DNA of 64,000 nucleotides. Origin: Verrucomicrobiota bacterium (GTDB lineage: Bacteria; Verrucomicrobiota; Verrucomicrobiia; Limisphaerales; Palsa-1400). A model generated the notes under the pieces. The model was given only the letters and a program-made list of their open reading frames with translations, was not told the origin of the DNA and made no database searches. The stretch lies in assembly GCA_049510745.1 (NCBI GenBank), contig JBEKYR010000012.1, positions 88,267 to 152,266 of the forward strand, in the 5' to 3' direction. This document shows, one piece after another, positions 39,867 through 47,897 of this stretch (the stretch's first letter is position 1; each line of letters opens with the position of its first letter). A program made the position numbers and the translations under genes.

Positions 39867-39894
39867 GAGAGAAAGGCTGTCGGTAGGATTTTTT

Positions 39895-40293
39895 ATGCTC
39901 AATTATCTGGCTGTGGGTGTGGGCGGCGCGCTTGGGAGTGTCGGACGTTTCTGGTTGAACGGCCTGATTTCCCGCCGGTTTGGAGAAACGTTTCCTTTCG
40001 GCACGCTCTTCATCAACGTCTCCGGCTCATTCCTCATCGCTTTCTTTGCGACCATGACCGCGCCGGAAGGGCGAATACTGGTTTCCCCAACGTTCCGCAC
40101 TTTCTTCATGATCGACATTTGCGGCGGCTACACGACCTTTTCTTCGTTCAGCCTGCAAACCCTCAACCTGGCTCTGGACGGTGAATGGCTTTACGCGGGC
40201 GCCAACACGGTGCTGTCCGTGGTGCTGTGCCTGGCGGCGGCGTGGCTGGGCTACGTGGCGGCCCTGGCCATCAAACCAATGAAAGGACATTGA
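39895..40293 (+). CDS. crcB: Fluoride channel Fluc/CrcB
   Basis: GGALGSVGRF, FPFGTLFIN, CGGYTTFSSF. Confidence 0.96.
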   Translation: MLNYLAVGVGGALGSVGRFWLNGLISRRFGETFPFGTLFINVSGSFLIAFFATMTAPEGRILVSPTFRTFFMIDICGGYTTFSSFSLQTLNLALDGEWLYAGANTVLSVVLCLAAAWLGYVAALAIKPMKGH

Positions 40294-40294
40294 C

Positions 40295-40642
40295 ATGCAA
40301 ATTCCTCATGACGCGACGCTGCTGCGAATTTTTATCGGCGAGAGCGACCGCTGGCATCATCAACCGCTCTACGAAGCGCTGGTGCTCAAAGCGCGCGAGA
40401 AACACCTGGCCGGCGCCACGGTGCTGCGCGGCCCGATGGGCTTCGGCAAATCCAGCCTGCTGCACACGGCCAAGATTCTCCGGCTCTCGCTGGATTTGCC
40501 GCTGGTGATCGAGATCGTGGACAGCGAGGAAAAAATCAACGGCTTCCTGCCTGTGCTCGACGAGATGATTCAAGGCGGTTTGGTCACGCTGGAAAAGGTG
40601 CGGGTGATTGACTACCGCGCCGCCGAACCGCCAAAGACTTAA
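40295..40642 (+). CDS. DUF190 (PII-like) protein
   Basis: LRIFIGESD, GATVLRGPMGFG, DLPLVIEIVD. Confidence 0.92.
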   Translation: MQIPHDATLLRIFIGESDRWHHQPLYEALVLKAREKHLAGATVLRGPMGFGKSSLLHTAKILRLSLDLPLVIEIVDSEEKINGFLPVLDEMIQGGLVTLEKVRVIDYRAAEPPKT

Positions 40643-40699
40643 ACCTCCAGAAATCTCCAGCCGGGAAAGTCTTGCATCTTCCCGTGGAACGCCCTCCCT

Positions 40700-41920
40700 A
40701 TGAACTCCAGCCCTCCCGCTCCTCCAGGCCGCCCGCCGGTTCGCTGGCTCAATCGCACCGTGCTCGGCATCGGCCTGGCGTCGCTGTTCAGCGATTGGTC
40801 GCATGAAACCGCCACGGCGGTCATGCCCGCGTTCCTGGCGACGATGGGCGCGGCGGCCGCATGGCTGGGGCTGATCGAAGGAGTTTCAGACGGCTTGTCC
40901 AGTTTCGCCAAAATGGGTTCCGGCTTTTACACAGACAAATTGCAGCGGCGCAAACCCATTGCCGTCATCGGCTATCTCGTGACCGCGCTCGGTACGGCGT
41001 CCTTTGCTTTGGCCACCGCCGCCTGGCACGTCCTGCTCGCCCGGGCGTTCGCCTGGCTCGGACGCGGGGTGCGCACGCCCGTCCGCAAGGCCCTGCTCGC
41101 CGGAGCGGTGACGCGGGAGACTTACGGACGCGCCTTTGGCTTCGAGCGGATGATGGACACGATGGGCGCCATCGTCGGACCCGCCAGCGCGTTCTGGCTG
41201 CTCCAGGCCCTGAACCATCGTTACTCGACACTCTTTGCCCTGACGCTCATCCCCAGCCTCATCGCCGCCGGACTCATCGCGTTTCTGGTGAAGGAAAAGG
41301 AGCGCGCGCCGGTCCCGCACATTTCGCTTGGAGAACGATTGCGTCTGCTGCCGGCCGCGTATCGCAAAATGTTGCTCGGCGTGGGTTTGTTCGGCCTGGG
41401 CGCGTTTGCCCACACGCTGCTCATTCTCCTGGCCGCGCAAAAACTGGCGCCCAGACTGGGCGCGACCAAAGCGGCGAGCCTGGCGGTGGGACTTTACGTG
41501 CTGCACAATGTTTTTTACGCCTCGTTCGCGTTTATCGGCGGCTGGCTCGGCGATCGATTTCCCAAAAACCGCCTGCTGGCCCTCGGTTACTCGCTGTCTG
41601 CCGTCATGTCGCTTTGCATCATCACGCTGCCGGCCAACCTCGGCACGCTGGCCTTGATCTTCATCCTCGGCGGAACCAACGTCGCGCTCGAAGAAACCCT
41701 GGAAGACTCCCTCTGCGCGGAACTCGTGGCTGAAGAACATCGCGGCATCGCGTTCGGCGCCCTGTCCACGGTCAACGGCGCGGGCGACTTCCTTTCCAGC
41801 ATGATCGTGGGCGCGTTGTGGACGGCGTTTGGAACCGGCGTGGCCTTCGGCTACAGCGCGGTGTTGTCGGCCCTTGGCGCGCTGCTGATAATGCGGCTGC
41901 GCGCCGGCGAAACGCAATAG
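40700..41920 (+). CDS. MFS transporter
   Basis: SLFSDWSHE, DKLQRRKP, GRAFGFERMMDTMGA; multiple TMs. Confidence 0.9.
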   Translation: MNSSPPAPPGRPPVRWLNRTVLGIGLASLFSDWSHETATAVMPAFLATMGAAAAWLGLIEGVSDGLSSFAKMGSGFYTDKLQRRKPIAVIGYLVTALGTASFALATAAWHVLLARAFAWLGRGVRTPVRKALLAGAVTRETYGRAFGFERMMDTMGAIVGPASAFWLLQALNHRYSTLFALTLIPSLIAAGLIAFLVKEKERAPVPHISLGERLRLLPAAYRKMLLGVGLFGLGAFAHTLLILLAAQKLAPRLGATKAASLAVGLYVLHNVFYASFAFIGGWLGDRFPKNRLLALGYSLSAVMSLCIITLPANLGTLALIFILGGTNVALEETLEDSLCAELVAEEHRGIAFGALSTVNGAGDFLSSMIVGALWTAFGTGVAFGYSAVLSALGALLIMRLRAGETQ

Positions 41921-41943
41921 TTGACGAATCGACAATGACAGAT

Positions 41944-41973
41944 TCAAAATTTTCAATTTTCAATTTTCAATTC
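41944..41973. repeat. Short tandem repeat (TTTTCAA)n
   Basis: ttcaaaattttcaattttcaattttcaattc. Confidence 0.6.
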
Positions 41974-42076
41974 CTCTCCGCTCCACGTTTAGAGCATCAG
42001 TCGCGTTCAGAGACGAGCAAGGAATCCCGATTTTCGCCTCGCTCCAGCGGGGCGGCGGCGCCACAATTGCCCCGTT

Positions 42077-43168
42077 ATGAACAGTCCTGCCACCGCTCAA
42101 CCGCATCTATTTCAACCGCTGACCATTAAATCGGTCACGCTGCGCAATCGCATCGGCGTGTCGCCGATGTGCCAGTATTCGTCCGTGGACGGGGTGGCGA
42201 CGGACTGGCATCTGGTGCATCTGGGAGCGCGCGCGGTGGGCGGGGCGGGATTGGTCATCGCCGAAGCCACTGCCGTTTCACCCGAAGGCCGCATCACGCC
42301 CGGCGACGCCGGCCTCTGGGCGGACAAGCACATCGAGCCGATCGCCCGCGTCAACCGTTTCCTCAAGGAACACGGCGCCGTGCCGGCCATCCAGATCGCG
42401 CACGCGGGCCGCAAGGCCTCGGCGGCGCGCCCGTGGGAAGGCGAGGCGCAACTGGCGGACAAGGCCGGCGGCTGGGAAACCATCGCCCCCAGCGCGCTCG
42501 CCTTCGGCGGTCATTTGCCAAAGGTCCCGCGCGCCATGACCGAGGCGGACATCGCCCGCGTGCAAAATGAATTTGTCGCGGCGGCCAAACGCTCGCTGGC
42601 GGCGGGTTGCGAGTTCCTGGAATTGCATTCGGCCCACGGTTACCTGAGCCACGAATTTCTTTCGCCGCTGACAAACCAGCGGACGGATCGTTACGGCGGC
42701 AGCTTCGAGAACCGCATCCGCTTTCTGCTGGAAACGACCCGCGCCGTGCGGGCGGTGTGGCCGGACCGACTGCCGTTTGCGGTGCGGATTTCCTGCACCG
42801 ATTGGGTGGCCGGCGGCTGGGACATCGAGCAAAGCATCGAGTTGGCGCGGCGATTGAAGGCCGAGGGCGTGGACCTGATGGATTGCAGTTCGGGCGGAAC
42901 CGTGCCGGACGCAAAAGTTCCCGTGGGCGCGGGTTATCAGGTGCCATTCGCCGAACGCATTCGGCGTGAAGCGGGCCTTTTGACGGCGGCGGTCGGCTGC
43001 CTCACGGAGCCGGCGCACGCGGACGAAATCATCCGCAACGGACGGGCGGACGTGGTGCTGCTGGCGCGGGAATTTTTGCGGGAGCCATACTGGCCGCGCC
43101 GGGCCGCGCGCGCCTTGGGGCAGAAGGAAGCGGTTCCTGGGCCGGTGCAATACCGCAGAGGGTGGTAA
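42077..43168 (+). CDS. NADH:flavin oxidoreductase (Old Yellow Enzyme, YqjM/NamA-like)
   Basis: SPMCQYS, AHAGRKAS, HSAHGYL, RTDRYGGSFENR, PVQYRRGW. Confidence 0.93.
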   Translation: MNSPATAQPHLFQPLTIKSVTLRNRIGVSPMCQYSSVDGVATDWHLVHLGARAVGGAGLVIAEATAVSPEGRITPGDAGLWADKHIEPIARVNRFLKEHGAVPAIQIAHAGRKASAARPWEGEAQLADKAGGWETIAPSALAFGGHLPKVPRAMTEADIARVQNEFVAAAKRSLAAGCEFLELHSAHGYLSHEFLSPLTNQRTDRYGGSFENRIRFLLETTRAVRAVWPDRLPFAVRISCTDWVAGGWDIEQSIELARRLKAEGVDLMDCSSGGTVPDAKVPVGAGYQVPFAERIRREAGLLTAAVGCLTEPAHADEIIRNGRADVVLLAREFLREPYWPRRAARALGQKEAVPGPVQYRRGW

Positions 43169-43353
43169 ACGGCGTCTGCATGCCGCGCATGCGGTTAAAG
43201 ATGACTGGTGGAAAATTGTTCCTCGTTTAAGCCCTCCTTCGCTCGCTGACGCAAGCTACGGCGGGCAGCCTCCGCCTTTCATATCGACGATTAAAAACCG
43301 TTCGCAATCATTTTGAAAGCCGGCTTGCCAGCCGCAGCGCGAAGCGCGGAGGC

Positions 43354-43374
43354 TGGAGCCAGTTGTCGGGCTCG
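43354..43374 (-). other. Attachment site: duplicated tRNA 3' end (probably tRNA-Thr)
   Basis: Minus strand CGAGCCCGACAACTGGCTCCA = partial T-loop, T-stem strand CCGAC, acceptor strand AACTGGC, discriminator T and CCA; no 5' half of a tRNA nearby. Confidence 0.7.
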
Positions 43375-43532
43375 GGCTGTTTTGCCGGTCTGGCCCTCCA
43401 TTCGGAAACTGCACCAAATGAAGAGGTTGCGAACAAAATCCGCACTGCATTTACGAGGGAAAATATGCCTCGAAGTCATGTAGAATTCAAGAGAATTCTG
43501 CAACTATTTTTTGTAATCCGTCACTACTCGTT

Positions 43533-43565
43533 TGGTGTCCATTTTGGTGTCCAAAATGGTGTCCA
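43533..43565 (+). repeat. Three direct repeats TGGTGTCCA with 12-bp period (integrase arm-site candidates)
   Basis: tggtgtcca ttt tggtgtcca aaa tggtgtcca, about 160 bp inside the att site. Confidence 0.75.
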
Positions 43566-43707
43566 TATTCGGATGACCGGCAAGAATTCCGGCAGCTTTT
43601 AGGGGGTAATTGAACGAAGCGCGATACGCGCGGTCGGGATTTAGACTTTGCATCAATCGCTCTCAGCCGCCACGACTGGCGGCACTCTGCGAACTTCTGG
43701 ACACGCG

Positions 43708-44030
43708 ATGAGCCTTCTGGAACACTTAGTCGCTGTGAAAGACGATGTTCGCTACTGTGAATTCCTGTTTCTCTGCGAGACAGAAAAACATCCATTGAAG
43801 TGGGTTAACGTCAACGACGCGAGGGAACAACAGGCGGTCGGATTGCAACAGACGATGTATGCCGAAATGGTCATGTCCATGCTCGAAGATTTATATGTGC
43901 ATCCCAACCAAGGCGAGATTTTAGGTCTTGCTCGTCAGGTGCGCCGAGAAACTCTGCGCAATCCAGGCATCGCCCGGCACGACCTGTTCACGAAACTTAT
44001 CAGCGGCCTTTATCAATTTCGCATCACCGA
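43708..44030 (+). pseudogene. Hypothetical protein, apparently 3'-truncated at the junction with the recombinase remnant
   Basis: MSLLEHLVAV... frame continues only as antisense of the recombinase after ~44030. Confidence 0.35.
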
Positions 44031-45801
44031 CACGCAGGCCGCAACAAAACAAGAGCGTCAAACCGATCTGAACAGTGTGAGAGCGCAATGGAGTGGACTT
44101 CCTGTTTTCCAGTTGTGCGGCAGTCGCCAGCACGCGTGCCATTTCCTCTGTGGACACCAGACGTGGCAATCGTGCAGATGATGGTTTTCGGAAAGGGGTC
44201 TGGTCGGGCACGAAGCAGCGCGGGTGTTGGCGGGCGTAATGCACGAGAAAACCTCGGACGCAATACCAGTAATTGCGTTGCGTCTTGGCAGCGAGATGGG
44301 ATTTGGTCTTGGCCCAGAGGCAGTAGCACTCACGGTTGAGGGTTTTCACTTTTTGCCGATAAAGAAAAGCATCCCAGTCCCGCAGAACGCCCTCCTCCTC
44401 GGCGTACTTGCAGCCCAGCGTTCGCCGGGTGTCGATGTATTGCTTTATGGACTCGCCAAACGCGCTGCGAAAGCGTGACTGCGAACGGGGTCGTGGCCCC
44501 ATTTGCACACGGACTTTCGGAAAACGCGCGTGCCAGTCTCCTGTCAACAAAGGCATGGCTTGGACTGGCTTGGGAACTGGCAATCCCGCCTTGCGCAAAT
44601 CATCGACGTTCAGCCGCAGATATTGGGCGGTACTCGTCAAGTTGCGGTGTCCTAACGTGTCTCCGATACACTTCATGGATACCCCGCGCCGGAGAAAATG
44701 TACGGCCAGTGAATGACGCAGGGTATGTGGGCTAACGCGACCGAGTTCCAGCCCACTGTGCTTGAGCCGATTTTGCAGGATGACATTTACTGCCCAGGGA
44801 AGCAGCGGCCCCTCCGGAGCCCGCGACCGCAAGAACAACTCTCGCCGACTGCTGCGCGGTCTGGCTTTGCGCAGATAACGCGCCAGCACATCGCCCGCCT
44901 CGTCGGTCAAAGGAAGCGACAGCGCCTGCCGTGTTTTGGCCTGTTTTACATGCAGAACGCCGTTGCGCCAGTCGATGCTTTCCAAGCGCAACCCGACCAC
45001 ATCACTGCGGCGCAATCCATAAAGCGCGATCAGAAAGAGCATCGTAAAGTCACGCAGACCGGCGGGACTCGTTTTATCAATCGAGCGCAGCAATGCTCTC
45101 ACCTGTTCCCTTGTCAGCGCACACGGCAACCGTTCCCCGGCGTACACCCGTGGTGTGTCGAGTTGCTCATGCAGGGGACGGGGCAAGGTTCCTTGAGAGA
45201 ACTCAAATCGGAGGAACGCCCGTAGCGTGAGGACGACGTTGAGCAGACTGTGCCGGTCGTGTGTCCGGGCCATCTGCTGCACAAAGCGTTCGATCTGACT
45301 ATGTTCAAGCTGGGTCAAGGCCGACTGTTTGCGGTCGTAACCGATAGACTCCAAGAATCGAACCACGCACCGGTGGTGATCCACAATGGTACTTTCTGCC
45401 AATCCACGCACTTCCCGCAGATGCGTCGCATAACACCCAGCTTCCTTTTGCGACGGCGACAGCACGGCTGGCTTGGGGGCTGGCAGCGCGTGCCGATCAC
45501 AGAGAAAACGGTGTAACGCTTGACCGGCCCACCGGGCATTGTCATCGCGAGGGCGGAAATACGCATCCGCCGCCGTCAGCACTTCCGGGGTTATCTGCGC
45601 CCTGGAGGCAATCCGCCGCCGTCGCAGCCAGTGGTCAATCACATACGCGCCTTGAGACATTCCTCGAATGGTGCGTCGAGTGTAACCCTGTGACTGGAGC
45701 CACTCGGCAAAGCCCTCCATCACGGGGCCGAAGACAGGCAGGCTTGAATACCTGACGTGGTTAAGAGGAAAGACATGTTTTAAAAGAGAAGTGTTTTTCA
45801 T
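43921..45801 (-). CDS. Fused RIT-type tyrosine recombinase: complete RitA-like domain plus RitB-like domain truncated just after its catalytic Arg
   Basis: YGLRRSDV, KQAKT, PHTLRHS, LGH...QYLR; then FRSAFGESIKQYIDTRRTLG... LLFCCGLRVG followed by unrelated sequence. Confidence 0.8.
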   Translation of the reverse strand: MKNTSLLKHVFPLNHVRYSSLPVFGPVMEGFAEWLQSQGYTRRTIRGMSQGAYVIDHWLRRRRIASRAQITPEVLTAADAYFRPRDDNARWAGQALHRFLCDRHALPAPKPAVLSPSQKEAGCYATHLREVRGLAESTIVDHHRCVVRFLESIGYDRKQSALTQLEHSQIERFVQQMARTHDRHSLLNVVLTLRAFLRFEFSQGTLPRPLHEQLDTPRVYAGERLPCALTREQVRALLRSIDKTSPAGLRDFTMLFLIALYGLRRSDVVGLRLESIDWRNGVLHVKQAKTRQALSLPLTDEAGDVLARYLRKARPRSSRRELFLRSRAPEGPLLPWAVNVILQNRLKHSGLELGRVSPHTLRHSLAVHFLRRGVSMKCIGDTLGHRNLTSTAQYLRLNVDDLRKAGLPVPKPVQAMPLLTGDWHARFPKVRVQMGPRPRSQSRFRSAFGESIKQYIDTRRTLGCKYAEEEGVLRDWDAFLYRQKVKTLNRECYCLWAKTKSHLAAKTQRNYWYCVRGFLVHYARQHPRCFVPDQTPFRKPSSARLPRLVSTEEMARVLATAAQLENRKSTPLRSHTVQIGLTLLFCCGLRVGDAKLIKAADKFREQVVPGDAWIAQSFSAHLTSKT

Positions 45802-45835
45802 TCCCCACATCCCAAACGCCGCGCCACCCAAGCGT

Positions 45836-45950
45836 CAATAATGTTGCATTGAACTCCCCCGTATCGCCTTTGATTATCGAAGTCAACCCACGGCTACGCA
45901 ACATTACTGATCGCTCAACATTAATGCTGTTATGTTAAACTTCACATAAC
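45836..45950. mobile_element. Terminal recombination-site array of the RIT-like element
   Basis: TAATGTTGC/GCAACATTA inverted pair; GCTCAACATTA-ATGCTG-TTATGTTAAAC (dif-like 11-6-11); GTTATGT-8bp-ACATAAC. Confidence 0.6.
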
Positions 45951-46336
45951 ATCATTACGGTGATGGCGGGTTGCGGGTCGTCCACGTCCAGGGCGCCGCA
46001 AGTGGCGATCAGTTTCACCAGCCGGGGGCGGCGGTTGTCGTTGCGCACGTAAAGCGCAAACGGCAGGCGTGTTTGACCGGGGCTTGTCTTGCGGATGGCG
46101 TGCCGCAAGAGCGTCAGGACATCCCAAAGGCGTCCGGCTTCGTCCTGGCCAGCCACGTCGGGCGGCACGGTCACGTAAACGTCATAAACGGCGCGGGTGA
46201 GAAAGACCGGAAAGCGGATTCCGGCTTCCTGCGCGGTCTTGGTCACTTCGACTTGAAAACCGTCGGCGACGGCGTGGGCGCGGGTGTAGGTGTAAATCAC
46301 TTCGCCAAAAGGCGAGTCGTTTTCATTCGTGTTCAT
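45935..46336 (-). CDS. DUF6573-like ICE/plasmid protein, C-terminus probably clipped by the RIT insertion
   Basis: VIYTYTRAHAVADG...EAGIRFPVFLT...DEAGRLWDVL...PAITVMM then LCEV* read from the site array. Confidence 0.65.
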   Translation of the reverse strand: MNTNENDSPFGEVIYTYTRAHAVADGFQVEVTKTAQEAGIRFPVFLTRAVYDVYVTVPPDVAGQDEAGRLWDVLTLLRHAIRKTSPGQTRLPFALYVRNDNRRPRLVKLIATCGALDVDDPQPAITVMMLCEV

Positions 46337-46340
46337 GGTG

Positions 46341-46535
46341 TTAGTGTTTGCGTGATGGTGGGGTGAACAGCGCCGCCTGCGCCTTCTCCGCAAGTCTGTG
46401 GGCGCGGTTTGCCTCGTCGCGTTCACGGGCAAGACGGTCTCCGTCGAGTCCGGTTTCCTGCATCAAGGTGAACGTGTCGGGGACAAAACCAAACTCGTGT
46501 TGCGGAATCGCCAAGCGGCGTCTGTTTCGTTTCAT
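46341..46535 (-). CDS. Small hypothetical protein
   Basis: 64-aa ORF tightly packed between co-oriented neighbours. Confidence 0.55.
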   Translation of the reverse strand: MKRNRRRLAIPQHEFGFVPDTFTLMQETGLDGDRLARERDEANRAHRLAEKAQAALFTPPSRKH

Positions 46536-46541
46536 GGCGTG

Positions 46542-46910
46542 TCAGGCAAGGTTCATGTCGGCGGGAAAATAGCTGCGGTATTTCCGGCGCGGGTTTTGAT
46601 TGCTGGACGGTGTCACCGTGCCGCACGGGTGCTGCCAGACTTGGCGGCGGTTGTTCCAATGGAAGCCATACTCGGCCAGTGCCGCAGTGATTTCTCTCGG
46701 CTGCCGGTCTTCAAACTGAATCCAAACCCACTTGCCAACCACTTCCGCCAATTCCCAAAAGTCCGGCGCTTCCCGTCGAATCAACCTCAACAGTGATTCG
46801 GTTGGTAATCCCCGGTTCCGATGTCTGCGGGCGAAGTCAATTCTTGGCAAATTGTCTTGAATGCGCTGTGCGGTCCGGTTCTTGAGCTCTGAATCTGAAT
46901 TTGTTTTCAT
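46542..46910 (-). CDS. Hypothetical protein (Trp-rich: VVGKWVWIQF...GFHWN..RQVWQHPCG)
   Basis: 122-aa ORF with A-rich upstream region; first gene of a three-gene run. Confidence 0.65.
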   Translation of the reverse strand: MKTNSDSELKNRTAQRIQDNLPRIDFARRHRNRGLPTESLLRLIRREAPDFWELAEVVGKWVWIQFEDRQPREITAALAEYGFHWNNRRQVWQHPCGTVTPSSNQNPRRKYRSYFPADMNLA

Positions 46911-47897
46911 AATCTTTTTTTTTGCTGCTGTGCGTTCTCGGCCTCTCGCCCTTCACGAAAAAGCCTGCGGAACAGGGCGGCCAGCGGGAGTAGTCTTCAG
47001 AGGGCACCGCGTCCGGCCCCCTCAGACTGAAAGCTGCGGAGTGGAGCGGTCGCCCATTTGCGTAGGGCCAGACGCGCAGAGCGAGCGCAGCGATTCCGAG
47101 CATCGTAGCCGGAGCGAATGGGCGAGTAAGCGGAAGGCAGTGGCTTTCAGGCTGAGGGACAAGCTCGAATCCGGGGCGGCATGAGTTCGGCGGTTTTGCG
47201 GAGGCCCAGCCTCGCACGAAGGAGAAGCGTAGCCGGGAGCAAAAGCCGCCGCTCTCAGGACGCGAGGGGATCAGCCTGTCTCCGGCAATTTGAAACGAGG
47301 AACGGAGCGCAATGGAAGCGATGGACGGTGGAGTGCTTCACTGGCGGCGCTGGAATGGAGCGGAGTGAGCGTTTTGAATTGGCGGAGTCAGGCCCCAAAC
47401 CGCAGCCGATGTGTCGTCGTGGAATCTGGAGGCCGAGGCTCGCAGGCACGAGAACCGGAGCAGGAGAATTCCACGGCGACTCATCGGCGGTCGGTCCGGG
47501 GGGATGATTTGTCGGAGGAAATCCTCATCAGGAAAACTATTGTTGAATTTGTCAGAGAAAGCTTTTGACAAGATTGTCCAGGGGAGCCGGTTGCAGTGAG
47601 GATCGGATCGGAAAGGTGGTTGGAGAACGATCAAGGATTTTTTCGATCATGAAATCGGACACTAGGGTAATGGCTCGATGTTGCGATGAATCAGACTGAT
47701 GTTTCAGTGCGTACACATAATCATACCTAATGTTATTTAAACGTATCTCTAAAATCGTCAATTGGTTAGAGAAAAGAATCGACAAGCTCGAAAAATCTTA
47801 TTATATGTAATCCCTGAAGGAGAATTTAGTAGCTGAACTTTTGACGGGCATCCTCAGTAGGTTTTCCGAGTCGCCGAGAGTTTGGGGAAAGGTGGAA

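Noticed and set aside
43300..43430. Complete tRNA gene
   Set aside because: Only the 3' 21 nt are tRNA-like, with no D-arm or anticodon arm; treated as an att site.
46837..47800. Several short ORFs in both directions
   Set aside because: Mutually overlapping, Arg/Ser-rich and without motifs; more consistent with non-coding DNA.
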